This document shows, piece after piece, positions 28,503 to 37,465 of a DNA stretch of 64,000 bases; position 1 is the stretch's first letter; every line of letters begins with the position of its first letter. The position numbers and the translations under genes were made by a program. Below the pieces are notes generated by a model. The model saw nothing but the letters and a program-made list of their open reading frames with translations, did not search any database and had not been told where the DNA came from. Source of the stretch: Myxococcota bacterium (GTDB lineage: Bacteria; Myxococcota_A; UBA9160; UBA6930); assembly GCA_965223705.1 (NCBI GenBank), contig OZ245015.1, positions 3,296,001 to 3,360,000 of the forward strand. Direction: 5' to 3'.

Positions 28503-29756
28503 ATGTCGCGCGAAGTCTTCCAGGATGCCGTCCAACGCGTCGAAACGATCGGAGCCCGGGCGGGAGTCGGCTCTGACGTGCTCGCCGCCTTGCGAGAGCC
28601 TCTCGAGACGCTGTCCGCGAGCTTGCCCGTGCGCATGGACGACGGATCCATGCGCTACTTCCCTGCATTTCGCACTCGCTACAACGATGCGTGCGGACCG
28701 ACGAAAGGCGGCGTGCGCTTTCACCCGAACGTCACCCGAAGCGAAGTCCAGGCTCTCGCACTCTGGATGACCATCAAATGCGCGGTCGTCGGTCTGCCTT
28801 ATGGTGGCGGAAAAGGTGGCGTCGTCGTCGACCCCAGGGAGCTGTCGACCCTCGAGTTAGAACGGCTCTCTCGGGCCTTTGTGCGTGCCATGGCCGATTT
28901 CATCGGGCCCGAACGCGACATCCCGGCGCCCGACGTCTACACGAACGCGCGCATCATGGGCTGGATGGCGGATGAGTACCAGTCCATCCACCGGCGCCGC
29001 GCCCCGGGTGTCGTGACCGGCAAACCCGTGGTCCTCGGAGGGAGCCTCGGCCGCGACGAAGCCACCGGCCGGGGGGCCTTCCTCGTGATCCGCGAGTTCG
29101 CAAAACGTCGCAACATGACGCCCGCGGAGACGCGGGTCGCCGTCCAGGGTTTTGGAAACGCCGGCACCCACGTCGCACACCTTCTCAACGCCGACGGTTT
29201 TCGGGTGGTCGCGGTGAGCGATTCCCGGGGTGGAGTCTACGATGAGAACGGGTTCGACATCCCGAGCCTGATCGAACACAAGCGCGCCAAGGGTGGACTG
29301 GGCGAGCACAAACCTCTTTCGAACGAGGAGCTTCTCGAACTCGATGTCGAGCTCCTCATACCGTCCGCGCTCGAAGGGGTCATCACGGCGGAAAACGCGA
29401 GCCGCATCCGCGCGCAAACCATCGCCGAAGTCGCGAACGGCCCGATCGCGAGCTCTGCCGATCCGATTCTCCGCGAACGCGGCGTGACCGTCTTGCCCGA
29501 TGTACTCGTCAACGCGGGCGGCGTCACCGTCAGCTACTTCGAGTGGGTCCAAAACCGCATCGGCGAAGCGTGGAGTCTCTTTACGGTTCGCGAGCGCCTG
29601 GAAGAGACGATGGTCTCCGCGTTTGACGCGATCTGGGAACTTCACGAAAGCGAAGACTTCAGTGTGCGAGAAGCCGCCTATGTCCGGGCGCTTCGGCGAA
29701 TCGCCGAGGCCATCGAGGCCGGTGGCGCGAGCACGTCACTCGTCGCGGCTCGCTAG
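28503..29756 (+). CDS. gdhA: Glu/Leu/Phe/Val dehydrogenase (glutamate dehydrogenase)
   Basis: GPTKGGVRF, GGGKGG, DIPAPDV, QGFGNAG, NAGGVTVSYFEW. Confidence 0.92.
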   Translation: MSREVFQDAVQRVETIGARAGVGSDVLAALREPLETLSASLPVRMDDGSMRYFPAFRTRYNDACGPTKGGVRFHPNVTRSEVQALALWMTIKCAVVGLPYGGGKGGVVVDPRELSTLELERLSRAFVRAMADFIGPERDIPAPDVYTNARIMGWMADEYQSIHRRRAPGVVTGKPVVLGGSLGRDEATGRGAFLVIREFAKRRNMTPAETRVAVQGFGNAGTHVAHLLNADGFRVVAVSDSRGGVYDENGFDIPSLIEHKRAKGGLGEHKPLSNEELLELDVELLIPSALEGVITAENASRIRAQTIAEVANGPIASSADPILRERGVTVLPDVLVNAGGVTVSYFEWVQNRIGEAWSLFTVRERLEETMVSAFDAIWELHESEDFSVREAAYVRALRRIAEAIEAGGASTSLVAAR

Positions 29757-30199
29757 TCCAAGCGACCCGTGACGAGGTTTTCCACCGTGGCCACGGAAAG
29801 CACGTTCTCATCTTTGTCGAGGATCTCGAAGAGGCGACCGTCAGGAGCGTACATGTTGAACAAGAGTACCGATCCCGACGATCCCGCGTACTCCATATGG
29901 ACGTCGCCCGCGGGCTTGTGCGCATAGTCGCCGGCGAGGCGTACCTTGTGATCGAGCTCGACGCCCTTCGCCATCTCGATGACGTGGTGTTCCCCTCGAA
30001 GTACGGTCGTCGTCGTGTCGACCAGGTGCCGATGAAAGTGGCAGTAGGAATTCGGCTCCCACCGGAAAGCGACGTCGATATGCCCGTCGGGTCGGGCACT
30101 CAAGACGGAGAAGGAATAATCGATCGGGTATTCGAATCCATCCCCTCCTTCCAGACGTACCCAATCCAAACTATCGGTATCCAGTAGTCTCACGGGCAA
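29753..30199 (-). CDS. cupin-domain protein (paralog of 9444..9914)
   Basis: YPIDY, RWEPNSYCHFHRH, GEHHV, HMEYAG. Confidence 0.8.
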   Translation of the reverse strand: MPVRLLDTDSLDWVRLEGGDGFEYPIDYSFSVLSARPDGHIDVAFRWEPNSYCHFHRHLVDTTTTVLRGEHHVIEMAKGVELDHKVRLAGDYAHKPAGDVHMEYAGSSGSVLLFNMYAPDGRLFEILDKDENVLSVATVENLVTGRLD

Positions 30200-30286
30200 C
30201 CTCCGAAGGCGTGTTGTGTCGATTCATTTTAGCAAGCTTCCCGCAGGGGTAACCGTTTTCCGCGCCGCCCGTACCATAGGTGAGTC

Positions 30287-31966
30287 GTGGCTATGACGAG
30301 TACTGCTGACCTGACGACGCACATCCAAGATCCGCTCCGACTCGCAGCGTTGCGTGAAGTCGCCCTGCTCGATTCGCCGGAGGAGGAGGCGTTCAATCGA
30401 CTGACACGCTTGGCCGCCCGCTTCACGAGGGCGCCTGTCGCGCTGGTCACGCTCATCGACTCCGACCGGCAGTTCTTCATGAGCTCTCTCGGGCTGCCGA
30501 CTGAATTCCAGGAGTTGCGGGAGACCCCGCTCGACCTCTCCTTCTGTCAGTACAATCGCTTCGCGGGCCGGCCGATGGTCGTGGAGGATTCCCGTTCCGA
30601 TCCCATCCTGCGGAACAACCCCGCAACGGAGATGCTTCCGCTCATCGCTTACTTGGGCTTTCCCTTGGTCACGTCGGAGGGCCACGTGCTCGGCGCACTG
30701 TGTGTCATTGACACGCGTCCGCGACAGTGGACCGATGAGGAAATCGTTGTGGTTGAAGAGCTCGCACACGCAGCGATGGATGAGATCCGGCTCCGAACGG
30801 AGAGGAACAAACGAGATCTGGCGGAGACGCGCAACCGCGAGCTCGGCGAACCCACCGAGCAGTCGGACAAGTTGCATCAAGACCAGAAGATGGAGGCCAT
30901 CGGCCGCCTTGCCGGTGGCGTCGCACACGATCTCAACAATCTGCTCACTCCGATCTTGGGCTACACGGAGTCTCTCCTCCACGAACCTCAGATCACGCCT
31001 CGTCAGAGACGCTCGCTTGATGAAGTCTTTCAAGCGAGCTTGCGCGCCCGAGATCTCGTTAAGAAACTACTCGCGGTCGGCAGGAAACAGCGCTTGGAGC
31101 TCCGCGCTGTCGACCTGAACACGATCGTTCGCGGCGTGAAAGACTTGCTGCGGCGGACCGTCCCCGAGGACGTGCGGGTCAACACCGAGCTGGCGCCGAA
31201 CCTACGACCGGTTCTTGCCGACGCCGGTGAGGTCGAGCGCTTGGTCTTGAACCTCGCCGTGAACGCGACCGATGCCATGCGCGATGGTGGCGAACTCTCG
31301 ATTGCGACCGCGATGGCCGGTACCGAGAACTCCGGCGCGTCATCCGAGCGCGGTCACGCGGTGTTGTCCGTTCGCGACACCGGTCATGGAATGGACGAAG
31401 AGACTAAGCAACGGGCCTTCGACCCGTTCTTTTCGACAAAAGGCAACGGGGGCACCGGCCTGGGGTTGGCGACCGTTTTCGGTGTAGCGGAGCAACATGG
31501 GGGTAGCGTCGAGTTGGAATCCCGCGAAGGCGTCGGGACGACCGTCCGTGTCTACCTGCCGATTGCCAGGGGGGAGCCGGTCGACCCGGTGCGCCCGACG
31601 TTTCGGAAGGCGGACCTTCGGGGAACCGAAACCATCGTGCTCGTAGAAGACAACACCCAGGTGCGAGAGCTTGTGCGAGGCACTCTCGAGCAGCATGGAT
31701 ACCACGTGTTGGCCCACGCAAACGGTTCTTCGGCGCTCGAACAACTTTCCGCTTACCGCGATGCAGTCCATCTTCTGCTGACTGATGTTGTCATGCCAGG
31801 AATGAACGGTCGAGAACTGTTCGAGCGGTGCACCGAGCTTCGTCCGAGCCTCAAGGCCCTCTACATGTCGGGGTACGCGCACCACTTTGTGACCACCGGC
31901 GTGCAACTCATCGAGAAGCCCTTCTCGACCGAGGAATTGCTGCGGCGGATTCGCGAACTGTTGTAG
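30287..31966 (+). CDS. hybrid sensor histidine kinase (GAF-HisKA-HATPase-REC)
   Basis: RLAAL..LLDSP GAF; AHDLNN; NLAVNATDAM; GTGLGL; LLTDVVMP receiver. Confidence 0.92.
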   Translation: MAMTSTADLTTHIQDPLRLAALREVALLDSPEEEAFNRLTRLAARFTRAPVALVTLIDSDRQFFMSSLGLPTEFQELRETPLDLSFCQYNRFAGRPMVVEDSRSDPILRNNPATEMLPLIAYLGFPLVTSEGHVLGALCVIDTRPRQWTDEEIVVVEELAHAAMDEIRLRTERNKRDLAETRNRELGEPTEQSDKLHQDQKMEAIGRLAGGVAHDLNNLLTPILGYTESLLHEPQITPRQRRSLDEVFQASLRARDLVKKLLAVGRKQRLELRAVDLNTIVRGVKDLLRRTVPEDVRVNTELAPNLRPVLADAGEVERLVLNLAVNATDAMRDGGELSIATAMAGTENSGASSERGHAVLSVRDTGHGMDEETKQRAFDPFFSTKGNGGTGLGLATVFGVAEQHGGSVELESREGVGTTVRVYLPIARGEPVDPVRPTFRKADLRGTETIVLVEDNTQVRELVRGTLEQHGYHVLAHANGSSALEQLSAYRDAVHLLLTDVVMPGMNGRELFERCTELRPSLKALYMSGYAHHFVTTGVQLIEKPFSTEELLRRIRELL

Positions 31967-32015
31967 ATCCCTGCTAAAGACCGAGTAGCCGAGTTCGAAC
32001 ACCCAGGAGGATCCC

Positions 32016-32630
32016 ATGTCTAGCGCCAACAACGGTCGCGTCGCGGCGGGAGAACCGCGCGCTTGGGTCGAGATGCCCGGCGAGGCCGAGCTCTACGAAG
32101 CGATGAGCCAGCATCCTTACTCCAAGGGTTTTGTTCCCGCGATGGGGAGGTTGATCGCCTCCCATCCGAGCATCGGCCCCGCTTTCTCCGCGCTGTACGA
32201 GGCGATCATGTTTCCCAAAGACGGAGCTCTCACGCGTGCGGAACGAGAGATGGTCGCCGCTGCGGCGACCGCGGCCCAGGATTGCTTCTACTGAACGCAA
32301 TCGCACGCAGAGTTTCTGCGTATGGAAGGCGGGACGAAGGAACTTGCCGACGCGCTGCGGACGGGCTCGTGGCGAGAACTACCCGGGTTGGACGAAAGGG
32401 CCCGTGCGCTCATCGCGGTCTCCGAAAAACTCTCGCGTGAGCCCACCAAGATGGTGGAAGGCGACTGGGAGCCGCTTCGTCGCCAGGGCTTCGGCGACAC
32501 CGCGCTCCTCGAAGTCGCTCACATCGTCGGGATCTTCAACCACTTGACCCGCCTCGCGGACGGCATGGGCCTCGAGCTCGACGCCGCGACGTACGCCGCT
32601 TCGCAATCCGACCGACCCCTGGGAAGCTGA
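32016..32630 (+). CDS. selenocysteine-containing AhpD/carboxymuconolactone decarboxylase-like peroxidase, CxxU
   Basis: ORFs 32016..32294 and 32322..32630 share a frame; read-through gives EREMVA..QDCFY-TGA-TQSH (CxxUxxxH), 204 aa. Confidence 0.88.
32305..32321 (+). promoter_or_regulatory. bacterial SECIS-like hairpin
   Basis: Perfect stem ACGCAG/CUGCGU, loop AGUUU starting at +17 after UGA 32292-32294. Confidence 0.7.
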
Positions 32631-32646
32631 TCCGCGAGGGTTGCGG

Positions 32647-33663
32647 TTACCGAAACTTCGGCATGACCTCTTGGGCGAACAGCTCGAGCGAGCGCGTACT
32701 CTTGGCGGGATCCATACCCGCGAAATGTGTCGAAAGGATGAAATCCGTGCACGCGAAGTTCTCGGCAAAAGACGCGAACTTCTCGGCCACCTGATCCGGC
32801 GTTCCGATCATCAGCCCTTCGGCGAGATCCGAGTGTCGGATCTCTTCGGGTCGCAGCGGCGGGAGCGCCTGGTCGTCGCCTTCGACATCGTTCGCCTCAC
32901 CGAGCACCCGGGCGTAGTAGCCGAACACGTGCGCCAGATGCTCCTGGGATTCCGACCAAGCCCGCTCCTCGGTTTCGGCGCAGTACAGCAGACGAAGCTG
33001 CGCGATCTTGAAAGCCTCGGGATCGTGCCCAAGCTCTCGTAAGGTCTCTAAATAGAGCGGTGCCGGATCGGGCCCGAGGGTTGTCATCAGGTTCGCTCCG
33101 AGCTCCGCAGCGCGGCGAATCGCCTTCGGACCGCGTGCCCCGATCCAAATGGGCGGATGCGGCTGCTGTACGGCCCGCGGCATCAGCGTCATGTCTTTCA
33201 CTTGCGTAAAGCGTCCGTCGAAGCTGACGCGTTCTTCCGTGAAGAGCCGACGAATGAGTTCGACGCCTTCTTTCAGCCGCGGCGCCCGCTCTTTGCGATC
33301 CACGCAAAAGGCGTCGAACTCGTCGTGGGTGTAGCCCTGGCCCATGCCGAGATCGAACCGCCCTTCCGACAGGATGTCCGCCAAAATCACATCTTCCGCC
33401 GCCCGGACCGGGTGGATGAATGGCGCGAGCAGGACAAACGTGCCGATCCGGATGCGACGGGTCTTCACCGCGATGGCGGCGGCCATGGACAGCGAGGCCG
33501 GATTGTAGGCGTCCTCTGTAAAATGGTGCTCGGTGAGCCACACGTGGTCGTAGCCGAGGTCTTCGGCCACGACCATTTGGTCGAGCATCGCTCGGTAGAA
33601 CTCCGGTGACGGGATGTGCCACCGGGCCGGGTTCCTGAAGTCGTACATGATGCCGAATCTCAT
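32647..33663 (-). CDS. LLM class flavin-dependent oxidoreductase
   Basis: WLTEHHF, HPVRAAED, GRFDLGMGQGY, QQPHPPIWIG. Confidence 0.9.
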   Translation of the reverse strand: MRFGIMYDFRNPARWHIPSPEFYRAMLDQMVVAEDLGYDHVWLTEHHFTEDAYNPASLSMAAAIAVKTRRIRIGTFVLLAPFIHPVRAAEDVILADILSEGRFDLGMGQGYTHDEFDAFCVDRKERAPRLKEGVELIRRLFTEERVSFDGRFTQVKDMTLMPRAVQQPHPPIWIGARGPKAIRRAAELGANLMTTLGPDPAPLYLETLRELGHDPEAFKIAQLRLLYCAETEERAWSESQEHLAHVFGYYARVLGEANDVEGDDQALPPLRPEEIRHSDLAEGLMIGTPDQVAEKFASFAENFACTDFILSTHFAGMDPAKSTRSLELFAQEVMPKFR

Positions 33664-33762
33664 CGTCGTTTCTCCGAAGGGTCGTGACGCGTTGGACGCT
33701 ACCCTGCCCCATCATCTCACGAAAGCGGGCGCGGCGGGCCGTCCGGCTGGGGAGGCTCCGAC

Positions 33763-34824
33763 ATGACGAACACGAGCGAACTGACCCGAGAGCTCATGGG
33801 TAAAGTCGCGGGGGACATCGCAGGCGCTGGTGCCATCCGCCTGCTGGTCATCGGTGACGAATTGGGCCTGTTCAAGGACCTCGCCGACAATGGGCCGGCG
33901 ACCAGTGAAGAACTCGCCGCCCGCTTGGATTTGAACGAACGCTATGTGCGCGAGTGGATCTACGGGATCAGTGCGGCTGGCTACCTCGCGTTCGACAAAG
34001 TCACGCGTAAAGTAGCGATCCCAGAAGAGAATATTCCGGTGTTGGCGACCGAGTGCGGCCCCCAGTTTATGGGCGGCACCGTCACCGTGGTTCACGAGCT
34101 TCTCAAACCCTACGCCGACGTGATCGAAGCGTTCAAGCGAGGCGGTGGCGTTCAGTACGAAGCGTATGCCCCAGGCATGTGGACGAACTTGGAGCGCCAT
34201 TCCTGTGTCCGATACACCCACCTCCTCACGAAGGAATGGATGCACCTGATGCCGGAAGTCTCCTCGCGGCTCGAGGCCGGCGGGAGCTGTGCGGATTTCG
34301 GCTGTGGCGCGGGGGGATCGACGATCGAGCTCGCAAAGATGTTTCCGGCCGCAACCTTCGTGGGGTTCGATCTCGTGGAGAAAAACGTCGAGCTAGCGAT
34401 GAGAAAGGCCCAGCGCGCGGGACTTTCCGATCGCGTCACGTTCCGCCGTTTTGATTTCGCGGACGGTTCTCCCGGGCGCTACGACGTAGTAGCGACCTTC
34501 GACGTCATCCACGACATGGCCCACCCCGAAGTGGGCCTTCGCGTGTTGCGAGACTCCGTCGAAGACGACGGTGTCTACGTGCTGATGGACGTCGCTTGCG
34601 AAGAGGATCCCGCGGACAACGAGGGGCCGATGGCGGTGTTCAAGTTCTGCGCGAGCCTCCACTTCTGCATGACAACGGCCATGGCCGGCGGCGGAGAGGG
34701 TCTGGGGACCTGCGGCCTGCCGGACTCGAAAGTCGCCGAAATGTGCCGAGACGCGGGTTGGAGCGCAACACGTCGCGTCCCCATCGACCATCCGTTCAAC
34801 TCGCTGTTTGTCGTATCGCCCTGA
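33763..34824 (+). CDS. class I SAM-dependent methyltransferase with N-terminal winged helix (Rv2258c-like)
   Basis: IGDELGLF, ERYVREW, DFGCGAG, FDVIHDM. Confidence 0.88.
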   Translation: MTNTSELTRELMGKVAGDIAGAGAIRLLVIGDELGLFKDLADNGPATSEELAARLDLNERYVREWIYGISAAGYLAFDKVTRKVAIPEENIPVLATECGPQFMGGTVTVVHELLKPYADVIEAFKRGGGVQYEAYAPGMWTNLERHSCVRYTHLLTKEWMHLMPEVSSRLEAGGSCADFGCGAGGSTIELAKMFPAATFVGFDLVEKNVELAMRKAQRAGLSDRVTFRRFDFADGSPGRYDVVATFDVIHDMAHPEVGLRVLRDSVEDDGVYVLMDVACEEDPADNEGPMAVFKFCASLHFCMTTAMAGGGEGLGTCGLPDSKVAEMCRDAGWSATRRVPIDHPFNSLFVVSP

Positions 34825-34889
34825 CGCGAAGTACTGTTGGGTGCGAGGACCGCGATCAGCCACGATGTGTGGGCATCAAAGGAGTGACG

Positions 34890-35402
34890 ATGGACGCCGC
34901 CGAACTTCGAGCGCGACAAGCGCCGATCAAGAAAAGCTTCAGGGACGAACCCGAGCGCGCCCGCGTCGTATCGCGCGCCGAGGGCCGCTTCGAAGGTGAC
35001 GACATCACCTGCACGGTAGACGGGTGGGCGGGGCCGGTGGTCGCGGGGATTCACTCTGCAGCCGGAGGCGACGGCTCGAAAGCGTGCTCCGCGGACATGC
35101 TGCTCGAATCCTTGGTCGCCTGCGCCGGGGTAACCTTGCGCAGTGTCGCCACAGCGATGGGAGTCGCCGTGAGGGACGCACGGATCTCTGCCGAAGGCGT
35201 GTGGGACGCACGCGGCACGCTCGGTGTCAGCAAAGAAGCGCCGGTCGGCTTGACGAACGTGACGCTGCGCTTTGAGCTCGACACGGATGCGGACGCCGCC
35301 AAGAACGAACGGCTGATCGCCCTCACCGAGCGCTACTGCGTGATCTACCAGACCTTGCGGCAGGGGCCGGATCTCGCACTCGAGGTTCCGGACGGAGCCT
35401 AG
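34890..35402 (+). CDS. OsmC family protein
   Basis: LRARQAPIK, CSADMLLESLVAC, ERYCV. Confidence 0.88.
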   Translation: MDAAELRARQAPIKKSFRDEPERARVVSRAEGRFEGDDITCTVDGWAGPVVAGIHSAAGGDGSKACSADMLLESLVACAGVTLRSVATAMGVAVRDARISAEGVWDARGTLGVSKEAPVGLTNVTLRFELDTDADAAKNERLIALTERYCVIYQTLRQGPDLALEVPDGA

Positions 35403-35417
35403 AATACCCGCCTCACG

Positions 35418-36245
35418 ATGAGTTCAGTATCTCACCACAGCGAATCGCTAGAAGACGCCGTCCGGAGGGTGATGGGTGAAGCGGACGACTGGCGCCGCGT
35501 CATGTCGTTACCCGGTGAGAAGTCCGTTGCGGTTTATCTCGACATGAAGTCCCCGCACGCCTACATCGCCGTGCGACCCAGCTTGGAACTTGCCCGCGAC
35601 TACCGGGTCAAGGTTGATTTCCGACCGTATGCGTTGAGCTATACGGAGCTCGGCATCAGTCGCGACGTCGCGCCGGACAAGCAGCGGAGGCCCGCGTCCC
35701 CCGCTGCCGATCGAAAAGCGCGGATGTACTACGCCACAGCGCGCGAGTACACCGCCCTACAGGGCCTCCCTCTTCGCAGTCCGCATCGACTGCTCGATTC
35801 CGCGATGGCTCACCGAGTGTTTCTATTCGCGAAGCGACAAGGCCTGGAAGTGCCGTTTGTGATGAGCGTCTACCTTCGCGGTTGGGGCAGCGGTTGGAGA
35901 GACTACGAGCTCGAGTCGTTCGATAGGCTCCGCGCGTCGCTCGTCGACATCGGTGGTGATGTGGTCGGCCTCGAGGACTTCGTCGTAACCGACGGTCCGG
36001 CCGACCGGGAACTCGCTCGCTACCAAGCCGAAGCCGACTCGACAGGGCTCGTCGGCGTACCGCATTACGTCTTTCGCGACGCGGCCAAGGACCGACAAGT
36101 CGGACTCTTTGGCCGCGAGCACCTTGCGCTGATCCGGTCCAAATTTTCCGCGGAGGGCTTGGCTCGCCGCGAGAACGCGGATCCCGCTTTTTCTCATGCT
36201 TGGCTCGGACCGGCCAACGGAGATCCAATCGATGAAACGGAGTAG
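35418..36245 (+). CDS. DsbA-like / HCCA isomerase (kappa GST) family protein
   Basis: YLDMKSPHAY, GVPHY, FGREHL. Confidence 0.75.
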   Translation: MSSVSHHSESLEDAVRRVMGEADDWRRVMSLPGEKSVAVYLDMKSPHAYIAVRPSLELARDYRVKVDFRPYALSYTELGISRDVAPDKQRRPASPAADRKARMYYATAREYTALQGLPLRSPHRLLDSAMAHRVFLFAKRQGLEVPFVMSVYLRGWGSGWRDYELESFDRLRASLVDIGGDVVGLEDFVVTDGPADRELARYQAEADSTGLVGVPHYVFRDAAKDRQVGLFGREHLALIRSKFSAEGLARRENADPAFSHAWLGPANGDPIDETE

Positions 36246-37455
36246 CCACCGAATCCTGACAACTCACGCCGGTAGCCTCGTGCGCCCGCCCGAAATCACG
36301 GAAGCGATGATCCGCGCTCATCTCGGAGAACCCTTAGATGAAGCGAACTTCCAAGCCGATCTCCGCCGATGCGTCGCCGACGTCGTCCGTCGACAGACGG
36401 AGGTCGGTATCGATGTCATTGACGACGGCGAGTTCGGCAAGAGCAGCTGGATCAACTACCTCTCCGATCGCATCAACGGCCTGACGCGCATTCCGAGAGA
36501 ACGCTCGCCCGAACGAAGCTATTCGCTTTCATGGCCCGACCAGGACCGGTTCGGCGACTTCTACCGAACCTACGATCGCTACGAGACGCTCCAGTGGTTG
36601 CCGGAGACACCTTCGAAAGCACGGTATGACGGAAGCCAAGGAACGGAGTACTTGACCGTCGTCTGCAGCGGCCCCCTCGAATATCGTCCGGGACCGGTAG
36701 AACGCGACATCGAAAACCTGCGCGCGGCATTGAGTGATCGGCCCGCCGAAGAAGTCTTTATGCCGGTCGTCGCGCCAGCGAGCGTCGAAATCGTTCCGGA
36801 CCGCCACTACGGCGATCCGGAGACTTATCTCTTCGCGCTTGCTGACGCGCTGAACGCCGAATACAAGCTGATCGTCAACGCGGGCTTTCTACTCCAAGTC
36901 GACGACGCAATTCTTCCGATGCAACGCTTTATGAAGTTCCGGGATCGCAGCTTGTCGGCGTATCTTGCCTGGGCGGAACTCCGTGTGGACGCACTCAACC
37001 GGGCGCTCGAGGGCATTCCCGAAGAGCGGGTTCGCTACCACGTTTGCTTCGGTAGTCAGAACATTCCACACCTACGCGATCCGGCCCTGGAAGACATCCT
37101 CGATCTCGTCCTGAGGGTGCATGCTTCCGCCTATTCGATCGAGGCGTGCAACCCGCGACACGAGCACGAGTGGACGATCTGGGAGAAGGTCAAGCTGCCC
37201 GACGGCAAAGTGTTGATCCCGGGTATGTTGAGCCACGCGACGAACATCGTCGAGCACCCTGAGCTCGTCGCGCTCCGCATCAAGAACTTTGCCCGCCTCG
37301 TCGGTCGGGAGAACGTCATCGCCGGCTCGGATTGTGGGTTCTCACAGAGCTGGAATTCTCCGCGGGTCCACCCGGAAGTCCAATGGGCGAAGCTCGAAGC
37401 GCTGGTAGCGGGTGCGCGACTGGCGTCCGAGGAATTGTGGGGCGCGCGGACCTAG
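36232..37455 (+). CDS. cobalamin-independent methionine synthase II / epoxyalkane:CoM transferase-like Zn thiol alkyltransferase
   Basis: ILTTHAGSL.RP, DGEFGK, HVC (HxC), EACNPRHEHEW, GSDCGF; single-barrel length (407 aa). Confidence 0.88.
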   Translation: MKRSSHRILTTHAGSLVRPPEITEAMIRAHLGEPLDEANFQADLRRCVADVVRRQTEVGIDVIDDGEFGKSSWINYLSDRINGLTRIPRERSPERSYSLSWPDQDRFGDFYRTYDRYETLQWLPETPSKARYDGSQGTEYLTVVCSGPLEYRPGPVERDIENLRAALSDRPAEEVFMPVVAPASVEIVPDRHYGDPETYLFALADALNAEYKLIVNAGFLLQVDDAILPMQRFMKFRDRSLSAYLAWAELRVDALNRALEGIPEERVRYHVCFGSQNIPHLRDPALEDILDLVLRVHASAYSIEACNPRHEHEWTIWEKVKLPDGKVLIPGMLSHATNIVEHPELVALRIKNFARLVGRENVIAGSDCGFSQSWNSPRVHPEVQWAKLEALVAGARLASEELWGART

Positions 37456-37465
37456 GGATGAATTC

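Noticed and set aside
32016..32630. Nonsense pseudogene or two small genes
   Set aside because: The TGA falls exactly on the catalytic Cys position and is followed by a SECIS-like hairpin.
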